Of a stretch of 64,000 nt of DNA, positions 38,901-53,100 are shown piece after piece. The DNA lies in assembly GCA_047495785.1 (NCBI GenBank), contig JBLDXI010000013.1, positions 4,464,001-4,528,000 of the forward strand, read 5' to 3'. The translations under genes and the position numbers were made by a program. Within the stretch, counting starts at the first letter, position 1. Each line of letters starts with the position of its first letter. The notes under the pieces were generated by a model. It was given only the letters and a program-made list of their open reading frames with translations, did no database searches and was not told where the DNA came from. This DNA is from Lepidodermella squamata. Lineage: Eukaryota; Animalia; Gastrotricha.

Positions 38901-41121
38901 AATTAGATGGCTTGTTCATTGTCTCTTTATCAGTTTTAAACATTCCCGCTTGTTCATCGGTCGATGTATAATCTCAAACTCGCAGATCCAAGTCATAGGG
39001 TCAGGTTTTGATCTGGGATGGAAATGATAGCAAAATAACAAAGTTCTTAGTGAATTTTATTACTTCATCAAGTTATCATTCCACAAGTCACGCACTCCCA
39101 AGGCCTTCACATCTTCCCGTGCGAAATAAGTGATCATGTGATTCTGGGTCGTTTGCGACGGGCTTGAGAAACATTCCCAAGTTACCGTCTTTTAATTTGA
39201 TGAGGTTACCGACAACCTCATCCAACTTATTATTGATTGTAGTGTGGCCCTTTTTAACCTCCTTCAGCCCATGTGCTTTGGCTTCCTCCGCAAATTTCTT
39301 GTCTGTCGTATTGAACAGCTTTCGCGTCAGATTTGGCAGGAGACTCCACCTCTTTGCCGTTTTTTTTCTCAGAGCTTCACCAGCTTCTTCTTCCTCAGCA
39401 TACACTGCTACAACAGCCTGTAAGATACAAAAATTGGTTAAAATGCCATTTAATAATGTTATGCTGTAGACTAACCGCTAGAAATACGAAAATCAGCAAT
39501 TTGTTCATTGCAGGAGAATAATAGTTGAGTCGAAATAATTCAAAATTTATACAGTTCAAAAAAATTGCGATTCATCCTTATTCATAGCCTGCTAATTGGC
39601 GAGCATCTGGGCACATTTTCGTTACTTCAAGCTCACGTGAAAGTAAAGGGTTTCTTGTTTCTTGTTAGGGAGCCACTGCACGTGAAAGGAAGTTGAAATT
39701 TGAGCAGCTGCTGGTGAATCATGAAAACAGAAAGTTTTAAACAAATTTCTTTTTACTCCAGTAATATATAAAAAAATTCAGACGATTTTCCCCCCTAAAA
39801 TTGGAAACGTTTGAATAATCACTAAACGTGCTTGTTTTTCTTACAATTTAAATGAAACTTGATTCTAACGTTTCTGTCCGATTCTTTTCCAGCTCTTGGA
39901 CGTGATCGGTACGAGCGGAAGTTGGTCGGAGCTCGCGAGCGGTTTCTAACGCGAACTCAGCGCCAAGTTGCCTCCTTCCAGTCGTCAGTCTCAACAGCAC
40001 TAACCTACCAGTCGCGGCCGTTGACGTCGTGCCCAGGCGCCGTGAAGCGCGCCCTGCTCAAGGCGAAACTCGGCGGCGTCGAGGAGGAGCAGTTTGTCAT
40101 GTCGCCATCGCACAACTCGAACAGCGCAGCAGCCTCCGCCTCCCACTACGCCCCGCTCTCGTTCACCGCCCGATTCTGCCAGTATTACGAGGCGAGAAAT
40201 CGAAGAATCGACGAACTACGCCTGCTGGCCTCGACATCTAACAGCCAGCAACGCGAGGCAACTCGGGAAGAGAACGAGTTGAAAAAGACGTATGAAGTGT
40301 TGTTTCAGAGCGTTCGCCGGCATCGCGATCAGGGCGATAGAAATTGCCAGGAACTCGCTGAAATCTACGCGAATGTCGTAGATTTCCTGAAAAAATTCTA
40401 CCCCGACGACGAGTCTATCAGCGAATACTCACTGCCAGACGATCTTAAAGCGCCAGTCTCGGATAAGAAACAATTCGAGACTGAATTGAAAGAAACAGCG
40501 GGTATTTCGATGTTTGAATGTGCGGTTTGTAAGCAGACCCGCGAGCAGCATATGCTAATGGCGTGTGGGACTTGCGACCGCAAATTTCACTGCTTCTGCT
40601 TGGACCCTCCCCTATCTCAGCCTTGGACAACGGGACCAGGTAAAGGCTCGAAGCGGAATTCGGCTGGGAAATGGGCGTGGGAGTGCTATTTTTGTTGCCC
40701 GTCCTCGAGTGATAACGACGTTGTGAGGAAGGACGTGGATGTCGATGCGCCGAGGCAGTTGCGGCGAGATATCAAAGCGCCGCAGCGTTTTATCGCATTT
40801 TCCGAAAATCCAGGCCCGCAATCTGACTCGAAACTGCCGAAACCGGTCGAAGAAACTCGGAAAGTCGAGGAAAAACCTGCGGCGAAGGGGCGAAATGTGT
40901 GCTACACGCACCGGGGCGGCAAAAGGGGCGGCCGAGGCGGTAGTGGAAAGGGTCAGAAACGAGGTCAGAAAAGTGTTGAAAATGCGGGCGACGATGGCCC
41001 GCTTGCGAAAAAGCAGTCAGTGCCTGAAATTCCGCCGATTTCTGTCGCGATTCTGTCAAAATCTCCGACTAAGCCCGCCGATCCGAAGGTCTACGATTTT
41101 TCGTCCGAGTCCAATGAGTGA
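32940..41121 (+). CDS. PHF14: PHD finger protein 14. Exons 32940-33933, 33991-34308, 34364-34717, 39893-41121
   Basis: Acidic N-terminus, PZP module (CLVC...[18 protein letters not shown]; [10 protein letters not shown]; [26 protein letters not shown]; [21 protein letters not shown]; [11 protein letters not shown]), coiled coil and C-terminal PHD (CAVC...[14 protein letters not shown]...WECYFC). Confidence 0.92.
34978..38669 (-). mobile_element. hAT DNA transposon with decayed ZNF862/ZBED-like transposase (about 38377-36400) in PHF14 intron 3
   Basis: TIR CAGTGT(T/C)CC..CTAAG at both ends and an 8-bp TSD ACAATTAC/ACAATAAC. Motifs [31 protein letters not shown]. Frameshifted. Confidence 0.92.
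39088..39508 (-). CDS. Secreted peptide precursor, family member B (120 aa). Exons 39508-39476, 39417-39088; nested antisense in PHF14 intron 3
   Basis: [11 protein letters not shown]|AVVAVYA signal, [16 protein letters not shown] pro-piece with a dibasic site, then [12 protein letters not shown]... The intron is a 58-nt GTTAGT...TTACAG. Confidence 0.8.
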
Positions 41122-42361
41122 AAAATGTTTGCTGTCATTTGAATGAAACGCAACGTGGAAAATTGGTTTAAATTCAAATTAAATTCAATGTTTTTCAACT
41201 GGGCCTTGGCTGAATTTTCGAATTTTTCTCGTTGCGTTTCTGAATTATTTCATAAACTGCTGTAACTTGAACGACCAACAAAAACTGGAAAATCATTATG
41301 CTATGTACTTTCAATCGACTTTCATCCAAAAATTATTGCTCGTCGTTTTCTTTCTCTCTGCGAGAAAGTCCGCAAAATATGCTGGCCATCTCTCTTGCTC
41401 CTGCTCTTTGCGTATTCTTATTGTTAATTCTCTATTCACGGTGAATGTATGTAAAATTCGTGTGATACTTGCCTTTTATTGTTCAGCTGAAAGATTGTAT
41501 TGTTACCTGCAACTCGATGATGCTAATAACTGCGCTAGTAATGATTTAAAAGCTGACCAAACAATGTCAAATGTCTTTTACGCAATTTTATACCTATCGA
41601 TATACGCAATTCTGTCGTGTATTAAAACAAAGCTTGATTAATTATTAACACAGTTTGATCGGTTTATTGCTCGGGGAATTCGATTGATCACAAAATTTAG
41701 CGGGGCTTATTTAAAGCAACAGGCATGTTAGCATAGTGAAAATTAACTGAAAAATATCTTTTTGTTGCAAATTTTTCCATGTAGATTTTTCAATGCTATA
41801 ATATTTCCTAATTTCAGGAATTTCCTGATAAAGATGAATTCATATTCTGGGGAAATTAAGATTGGATATCCCTTTGTTGGTAGTAATTTTTTTACTCTTA
41901 AATCAAGTAACATGGGCGATTTGTATTTAAAAAATCTATGAGGTGGGCGATATAAAATTATTTCTGGGTCTTAAGAAGCCAAAAGTCAATGTTGGTTTTG
42001 ATTTTGGGTTCTAATTTTAGCACAACAAAATTTTGACGATTTCATTTGCCTAGAATATACTGGATTTCAATGATTAATTGTGATATAAGAATGAATTTCC
42101 ATATAATTTTTCGTGATTTTAGTGTAAGGTGTGAGAACAGTGTTAGAAACCATTTTTTATTAATTTTGGGTTATTCGCCAAGCTTAGAAATTCGATCCCG
42201 TCAAACGACAATTTGTTAGCCCATGGTTATATTTTGCTTAAATTCTCAATTATTTTTCCTTAAACATGTGTAACGATTGGTTTGGATTTTTTCACATTTT
42301 TAATTCGGGTTTTTATAAAAACTTAATTTTTAATTTTAGTCACATTTTATCTTGATAAATA

Positions 42362-45709
<3,348 letters not shown>

Positions 45710-46404
45710 AAGACGGCGAATTCCGATGCGCGAATGAATAGCTCAAAGCTGTTATTATTCCGGATTCCGAACATTTATTACTATTGTACTACTCCTATGC
45801 GTTCTTTATCTCTCTTTATCAGCCACCACGTAGCTCTAAAAAATACAACTTGTGTTATGACAATTTAGACGTTGTGCGATGTGCTGAAATATGCGTGTCG
45901 GCTTCGATTTTCTCATTAAAATGGGAAGTAAAAACAAATGATGGTTCGACAGAAGAATTTGATCACAGATTTCACAAGAAATAAAGCGGAACTCTAAAAC
46001 AAATGTTTTCCTTTTCATTTTAGGTGTATTTAATTTAATATATAATGTGAATGCATGGCTTGCCAAACGGTAATGGATCAAGACTAAAATAATTTGGTAA
46101 TATAAGCTCATTTTTGCGACGTGTTTGGGTCTAGGTAAATGGCTTATTTTTGGAGGCATTTTTTGAGTGTAGCGCTTTCGTAGAGGCCTAATAGACCGAC
46201 GAAAATTTCAGTAATTATCACTAAATTTCCTAAAAATTTCAATTTCTAATGATGCGGAAGCCGCGAGGATGAGAAACTAGGAAGATTGGAATAAGTATAG
46301 TAAACTCAAAATATCAAGAGGTCGCGTTTGACTTGTTATTTTATTCATTTCATAATTCCACGAATCCTTTACCCAAACCAAGTGGGCTAGTTGTTATCCT
46401 TGCA

Positions 46405-46592
46405 GATTCAGCGCAAAAAACTGTATAACATATGTCGAAACCACGATGATAAAATTCTTTTTACCGAAATTTAATTTTTTGAATAAGGCCCTTGAATATG
46501 GGCTGTGTGAATATGGATAAAATTAAATTTCGGTAAAAAGAATTTTATCATCGTGGTTTCGACATATGTTATACAGTTTTTTGCGCTGAATC
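46405..46592. repeat. Perfect ~73-bp inverted repeat with ~42-nt spacer
   Basis: GATTCAGCGCAAAAAACTGTATAACATATGTCGAAACCACGATGATAAAATTCTTTTTACCGAAATTTAATTT and its exact reverse complement. Confidence 0.9.
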
Positions 46593-47539
46593 CGCTGGTG
46601 TATAAGATTCGAGGGATTTGGAGCGGTTCGAAAGGGTGAAAAGTCATGTTGAAAATAGCCATTTTTCGCGATATTTTTGATCGTGCTGGAAAATAATCCG
46701 CGAATGTAGAGCAAGACGCCGATCTGATCGCTCAAGTACATCAAGGTGATTATCTGATAACGAGATCTCCTCTCGAGCGTTCATACCTGGCGAGATCCAG
46801 CAACCTAGCAACCGTTGCTATCATAAAGAGTCGATTTCCAATTTTAATTTTAGAGCCTTACCTTTGCGTCATAGAAAAAAATCACAAGAGTAAAAGTTTC
46901 CTAACTTTTTGAGCTCTATCCGATAAAAATAGTTCCGGGCTATTCTGAGAACCTTGGTACGGTCGCTTGTCGAATTGACCTGGAATGACCCTATTTACGA
47001 TTCCTCCATGCAGTAACCAGTAGTTAGATTGAGGCTCTACAATTCCGTCGTGCATCAATGTACCGAGGATTCAAATAGGTGTGTCGAGCCGCTTTTTGTA
47101 GTGCGTGAGCACCACTTCTTGTGGCTTTGATCAGATGATTTTATTTGAATAGGGTCTTCTACTATTTTACTTCGCTTTCTGATATAACACTTTTTCCTAA
47201 ATACACAGCACAGCATTCAATCTGACGTCAACTATGATCTAACAATATCAGTGCATCGCATTTTCAGGTCTGATAACAATTTTCAGTATTGCTGGGTGAA
47301 GATTAGTGGGAATGATGTTTTCGTGTTTTTCTTACCTGCATACCTCTAGCCTTACTTCATTCATTTTGATCGATTGAACATGGCATGAAAATCTTGAGAG
47401 ATGTCGAAAATTACACCAAACCCGGTCAGAAAACCAATTTACCGCATTGACGATTTCGCAATGTTTATTTGTTAGCTCACCATCTCATTCTGAAAATTCT
47501 TCACTCCTCTAACAACGAAAAAGCATCTTCACGCGTTGA

Positions 47540-48298
47540 TCACGCACCAACTTTCTCTTTAATTGTGGCTACGGCGGCCTTTACTTTATCGTTCGCGTTT
47601 TTAGCCTTGTTGTAAACACCTTTCACCTTGTCGACACCTTTCTTGACTTTAGCGGCGACTTCGTTCACCTTATCCGTTTCCTTTTTGATTTTCTTGCTGG
47701 CGTCCAAGAGTTTGCGATCGATCTTCGCGAATGCTTTAGCTGTGCGTTCCGATTCAACCGGTTCTTCGCCAGAGCGTTCGGCTTCTTTGGGTTTCGCAGG
47801 GATTTTCGCACCAGTCTTCTCCGCTCCTGAGGCCTTGACCTTATCGACAGTCTTTTTGACGAGATCCTTAGCAGCTGCTGCTACTCCTGAGTTCTTCACC
47901 TTCTCGACTGCCTTTTTAGCTCCATCCTTTGCTTTATTGTAGAGTTTCTTCAACCCACCGAAAAATCCGGAGCGCTCGGCCTCTTTGGGTTTGGCTGAGA
48001 TTTTCGCCTTGGTGGTTTGTTGAGGTGCTTTAACGGTAGGCTTGGTTGCGACTTTCGCTTGTTTTGTCGTTCTGTGGGCCGAGTTGCCCGGCCTATTGGG
48101 ACCTTTCGCAGGAGCCTTGTCACCGGATCGTATGTGATGGGCGGTTTGCTTGTCACGGACGATGCGAGCTCCCTCCTCCTCCTCCTCAGCGTATACAGCT
48201 ACTGCAGCCTGTTAGAAGAAGAAACATGAGAAATGCCTTTCAGGAGTGTTGTGCTAAAGGCAAACCACTAGCAAGATGACGATCAGCAATTTGTTCAT
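47540..48298 (-). CDS. Secreted multi-peptide precursor, family member D (233 aa). Exons 48298-48266, 48208-47540
   Basis: MNKLLIVILLV|AAVAVYA signal, EEEEGAR, a spacer, KEAER|SGFFGGLKKLYNKAKDGAKKAVEKVK..., a second KEAER|SG and ESER|TAKAFAKIDRKLL... The intron is 57 nt; TATATAAG and CACGTG lie upstream. Confidence 0.85.
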
Positions 48299-48383
48299 TG
48301 CGGGAGAGAAAAAGTCTAGTCGAACCAAGATGAAATTCTCGCAGTAGAGAAGAAAGTGAAATTTTACGAGCGATACGCCCGTC

Positions 48384-48450
48384 TTATATAGCCTGCTAAT
48401 CGCCAGGGACCTGTGCGATTTTCATTCACGCCGATTTCACGTGAAAGGAA
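48384..48450 (-). promoter_or_regulatory. TATA box plus E-box promoter cassette shared by the peptide genes
   Basis: CCTTTCACGTGAA (48438-48443) and ATTAGCAGGCTATATAAG (48384-48400). Homologous motifs occur at 39586-39639 and 26028-26082, at similar distances from the ATG. Confidence 0.7.
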
Positions 48451-50184
48451 AGGGAGAAAGTTTGCGTCGTAGTATAGTAGTTTCTTGCTAGGCAGTCGCT
48501 GCCGTCATTTCGGGAGAGCACGCCGGGTTGGGTGCAAAATTGCTCAGCTGGCGAGGTTCTAGCCAGACAAAAGTAAATAATATGTGATGCGCCCACCTAA
48601 TTTTTTCTTTCAAATTGACAGGATGACAGTTTTCTGAAAATTATAATGCCGAATGACTTGTGCGTGAGAATTATTTTTTCAACATGTGGTGTAAGAGAAG
48701 TGAGGCAACCAGAGTGAAAATGATGGAGATTATGGTTTTAACCAGCCTTTTTCCATCTATGATGTAAGCGTGTTATTCCTGTCTCCGATATTTAAGAAGG
48801 AACAAGGCGAAGATTGAAATCACTCGAAATTCGTGATGGAGAAACAATGAATACGTTCTCCAGTTCACCTTAAAGGAATCGAATTTTCAATTTTACCCGC
48901 TTTGTAACGGAGTAAGTATCTAATATTCGATATTCCTTGTCGATTCAGCTTGATTTCTTCGAATAATTATCAAGTTCGATTTACCTTTTTAGGGGAATTA
49001 CCCACTTGCGCATTGAATTCTAGTTAATTTTGTATCACTTGCGCATTCATTTTCAATTGTTGAGGTTAGCTCCGTTATTACGGCATCACAAAAATATATT
49101 TTTATGGAAATAATTAGGTATCCATGAAATGACATGGTTTCGGGCAAGTTTCCTTTCTAGCAATTTCAAGTTCCATACAGTTTCTAGCAAAGCTAATTGA
49201 TCATTTAGACGGGATTCACGACTTGGACTCTTCTTTAACATTCTCTGGGATGGAACAATGATAAACGCGCATACCCTCAGCTTAGCAAACCGAGCCTGTC
49301 GAGGGGGTCTAATTTCCGAGATTGAGCCCTGCACGGTCTAACTACGCATCAAGTGGCAGAGAAAAAGAACTGAACTGTCCAAATTTTCTGCAAATCCCGT
49401 TTCTATTTTTATCGCAAGCCACACCAGTAACCCCAAGATACGGCGTTTCATTGATGCTGAATTCTTTCCGTAAAAATATGTTAATGAAATGCCTAAATGA
49501 CGAATCGAACATCATAATTCAAAAATAGATGCGCCAAAACTTACCAAAATTTAATGCCCAAGTAGGGTACACCCGTTAAGTGATTCTGTCTTCTTCGAAA
49601 TATATTTCCAACCGCGGCATTGCATCGCAATTGCTTAGATTGTAGAGTTTTCCTTTGTTTTATAGTAATTTCTTTTGCCTTGATTAATTAAAAGTTCAAA
49701 AAATCCCAACTTGATTTACTGATACTGATACTGTTTTATTTTGCAATTTGTCTTTCGACATTTAGCAATTAGGAATTAACAAAACGTTAAGTTATGGCGC
49801 CTTACCACAGAAATTGTGAATTTTTCCAAGTCAGTACATTTCGATAACGTGTTTGTTTCGATAACGTGTTTAGTTTTAGGCGGGCTCATTATTTATTTAT
49901 ATTGAGGCGTTGCTCGGACATTGACATTTCTCAACCCATTTTCTACTAATTCACTTTGTTTTTGTGGCTATCTTGATTGTCGAGGAGACCCTATGAGGTG
50001 CCAACTTTATTGTTATCATTTTGTGTTTAGGCGGGCACATTTTTACTCCTAAATTTGATGACTTGGTCCTCGCCTAGTTTTCGGTTTTTCAAACTCTTCG
50101 GTATGTTTTTTGATTGATTTCTTTATTATTAAACCTCAATGCCTCTCTTTCAGGTGTGAACATAACATTAGACTGAGCTGTTAC

Positions 50185-53100
50185 ATGGGAGGCAGCCATT
50201 CGAAGCACTCGAACAACCACCTGCCCTACGATGACCACCTGCCGCAGTCGCCCACCTTCGACACGCTCGACAACCACCACCACCAGCCGGGCTCGAGCAG
50301 TGGCGGGCGAGAGACGCCCGTTCCGGCGTCGCATTCGAACGGCCACGTGAGCGGCGACAACGCGAGTAGCAACAACGAGAATCTGACGACCATCGACGAG
50401 ATAAAGGCGAAGGCGGCACTGGCGAAGGACGGCCATCGGCGGCTGGACGAGCTGGCGCCGGAGAAGAAGGCGGCTCTGCTGGAGGCCTACTCGAAGATGG
50501 ATGAGCATTTGCAGAAGCCGGGCAAGATTCGCGACAATCTGGAAAGCGCCGTCGAGTTGGCCATTGTCGATTTGAAGCGAAATTTTTTCAACGAAGAGCT
50601 GACCGTATTTCTACGAGACCTTGAACCTGCGCTTCGCAGCAACACTGTCGAGTAAGTTTTGACTTATTCAATTGAACGGCCTAGGAAATTCTAGCTCGCA
50701 AACAAATCCTTGATTCATTTTAGTGGAACCAAATTTCGGAATTTTCTAGTGGTCGCAAATCACTTTTCGGATATTTTTGCGGGTCAAGATGTATATTGGG
50801 CATGAGCTGAACTCTTTCCCCTCTTTGGAAACAAAGTTGGACATGCCTCTTGATGTTTTCGTGTTTTTTCAGCTGGATAAACGAGTTTATCGGACCGGAC
50901 TGTAAACCGATTGACTTGTTAACTTCTTGCCTGCACGCACTGCTCGATGCTATTCGAGGCCAACGGGTGAGGCGCCGTTATCCAGCTTCAACGTCACAAC
51001 GTCTTCGCAGTACTTTCAAAGGTACGTCATCACCTTCATTCGTTTATTCAAGTTGACAGCCTAATATTTACGTAATTAGTTTCACTTTCAGCGGAGGCGA
51101 ATTTCAAATATTAAATTGTTAGCCATATTACAACTGTTTTAGAGTAAATCTTGTCAAGAAAAATGTTAAGCACCGAAAAAAATAAATTTCAGCACTATGT
51201 GAATTAATTTGCTGGCAAAATCAGGAGTCTTTCCCTAATTTCAGAAAGTTCGATCTAAGTTTCGGGACCTTTGGGTTTCTTGAGCTTTCCAACCCTAATT
51301 TCATGTTTTTGCCTTCAAATTTGTTAAGGCCAAGTTATCTCAGCTTTCTATATGAGATATGATTCTCACTCAGTCTTAAATGCTGAATGTTATGATCAAA
51401 GAATTTCGAATATTACTTAACCGGAAAGCCGTTCAAGTTCGAATATCAACTGCGTTTTAATCAATTTTAATCTTTGAAATTACCGAGTTTTGATGCCATG
51501 AATTGAATAACAAAAGCTTTTAAATTTTATTTTTGACTCTTTACCAAACCCAAAGAAAATCCAAGTTACAATTAGCAGATTTGAAGCTGAAAAATTGCTT
51601 ATATACTTGGATACAATTATTAAATGGTCTATTTTCGTAAGATTCGAAGCCTCGATCGAATTGTCTGCCTAGAATCAGGCGATTGAAGCCGTACGACATG
51701 GCGATAGATTACTCGAACAACGGTACTCAATGTTGTTTGTACTGTCAATTTATCATTTTTATCATTTGGGACTTTTTCGGTCTACTGTTCACCTAACCTT
51801 GTGTAATCACTGTTTCGTGAAAAAAACGAACAATTTGTGTCAATTTAAAACCATTTTTTCGTGTTTTCCCAATGTAGTGAGGAGTGGTTTGAGGCGCAGT
51901 GGATCGAAACGGCTGTCGAAGCCCGAGCAAGATCTGAACGATGCCGTCGCGCTGTGCATCCGCTGCCTGAAGGCGATCATGAACTACCGCGACGGGTTTC
52001 ACAAGGTGCTCGACCACAAATCGGCCATCAACTTGATCGTGTTGTCGCTGGCGTTGCGCGAGAGTTCGCGCGTCAAAGTGCTCATTCTGGAAATGCTGAC
52101 GGGCATCATCAACTTCGACGCGGTTGCCGGGCGCAAAATTGTCCTCGATGCATTTGACAACATGAAAATTGTCCTGAACGAGCCGCATCGCTTTCACTTG
52201 TTGCTCAAAGACTTTTCGGTTGCTTACAAAGCTGATATCACGTTTGCGGTTGGTTTATTTTTATATTAAAATTAATAATTTAAACGGATACGCTAAGTTT
52301 TATCCGATGTGTCTAAGGGCAAACGTGTTGCGAAAATTAGTTAACTCGGCCAAAATTGATGCCGTAGTGGTTTTTAAACTGGACCTCTTAAAACTTTGAT
52401 TTTTTACTATTTTGAACACTATTTTTTCGCAGATCACGTGCATTCGCTTCATCAACATCCTCGTCAATTTTCACGATGATTTGGCCGTTGCTGACTATTC
52501 AGCCCAGCGCATCGCCCTGCAGTGGGAGTTCCGGCAAAGCGGCCTCGAAGCTCTTTTACCGGTAAATTTTGCTAAATATAACGCATCTTCGAAACAAATT
52601 TTGCCATGCTTGTTAACATTGTGTTCAGACACGATATTTGGAGAGTGAAGTCGCGGTAAGGCTCTCTCCCTTATTGCCTATTCATAAGTCTGTGCGCTTT
52701 TGCTTCGGTTAAAGATGTGGTTTAACGGGGCTTAGCCTTTGTAACGTCCACCCTTGTCGTTGTTCTTGTGTTCGTATTACCCCTTATTGCCTAGTAATTG
52801 AAATCGCCTCATTTTGGCTTTTTATACCTGCCTTGCACTCATTTAGAACGGGCAACAGAATTTCTCAAACGATTTCTTAGAAGTCTTGAAGACTCTCATG
52901 ATTTTTAACCAAATAATTATTGTGGGCCCCTTAAATTCGATTGCTTTAATTGGTTGTCGCAACCAAATTTCGTCTTGATGAAGCTCATCATGCTTGTGAT
53001 AAAGCAAGGCTTCTCAAAGAGGGGGGTCCAGCCAGTGGGATTGCATCTGAAAACTCATTCTAACTCGCCTCAAATCCCGAAAAAATATGCTAAAGGATAA

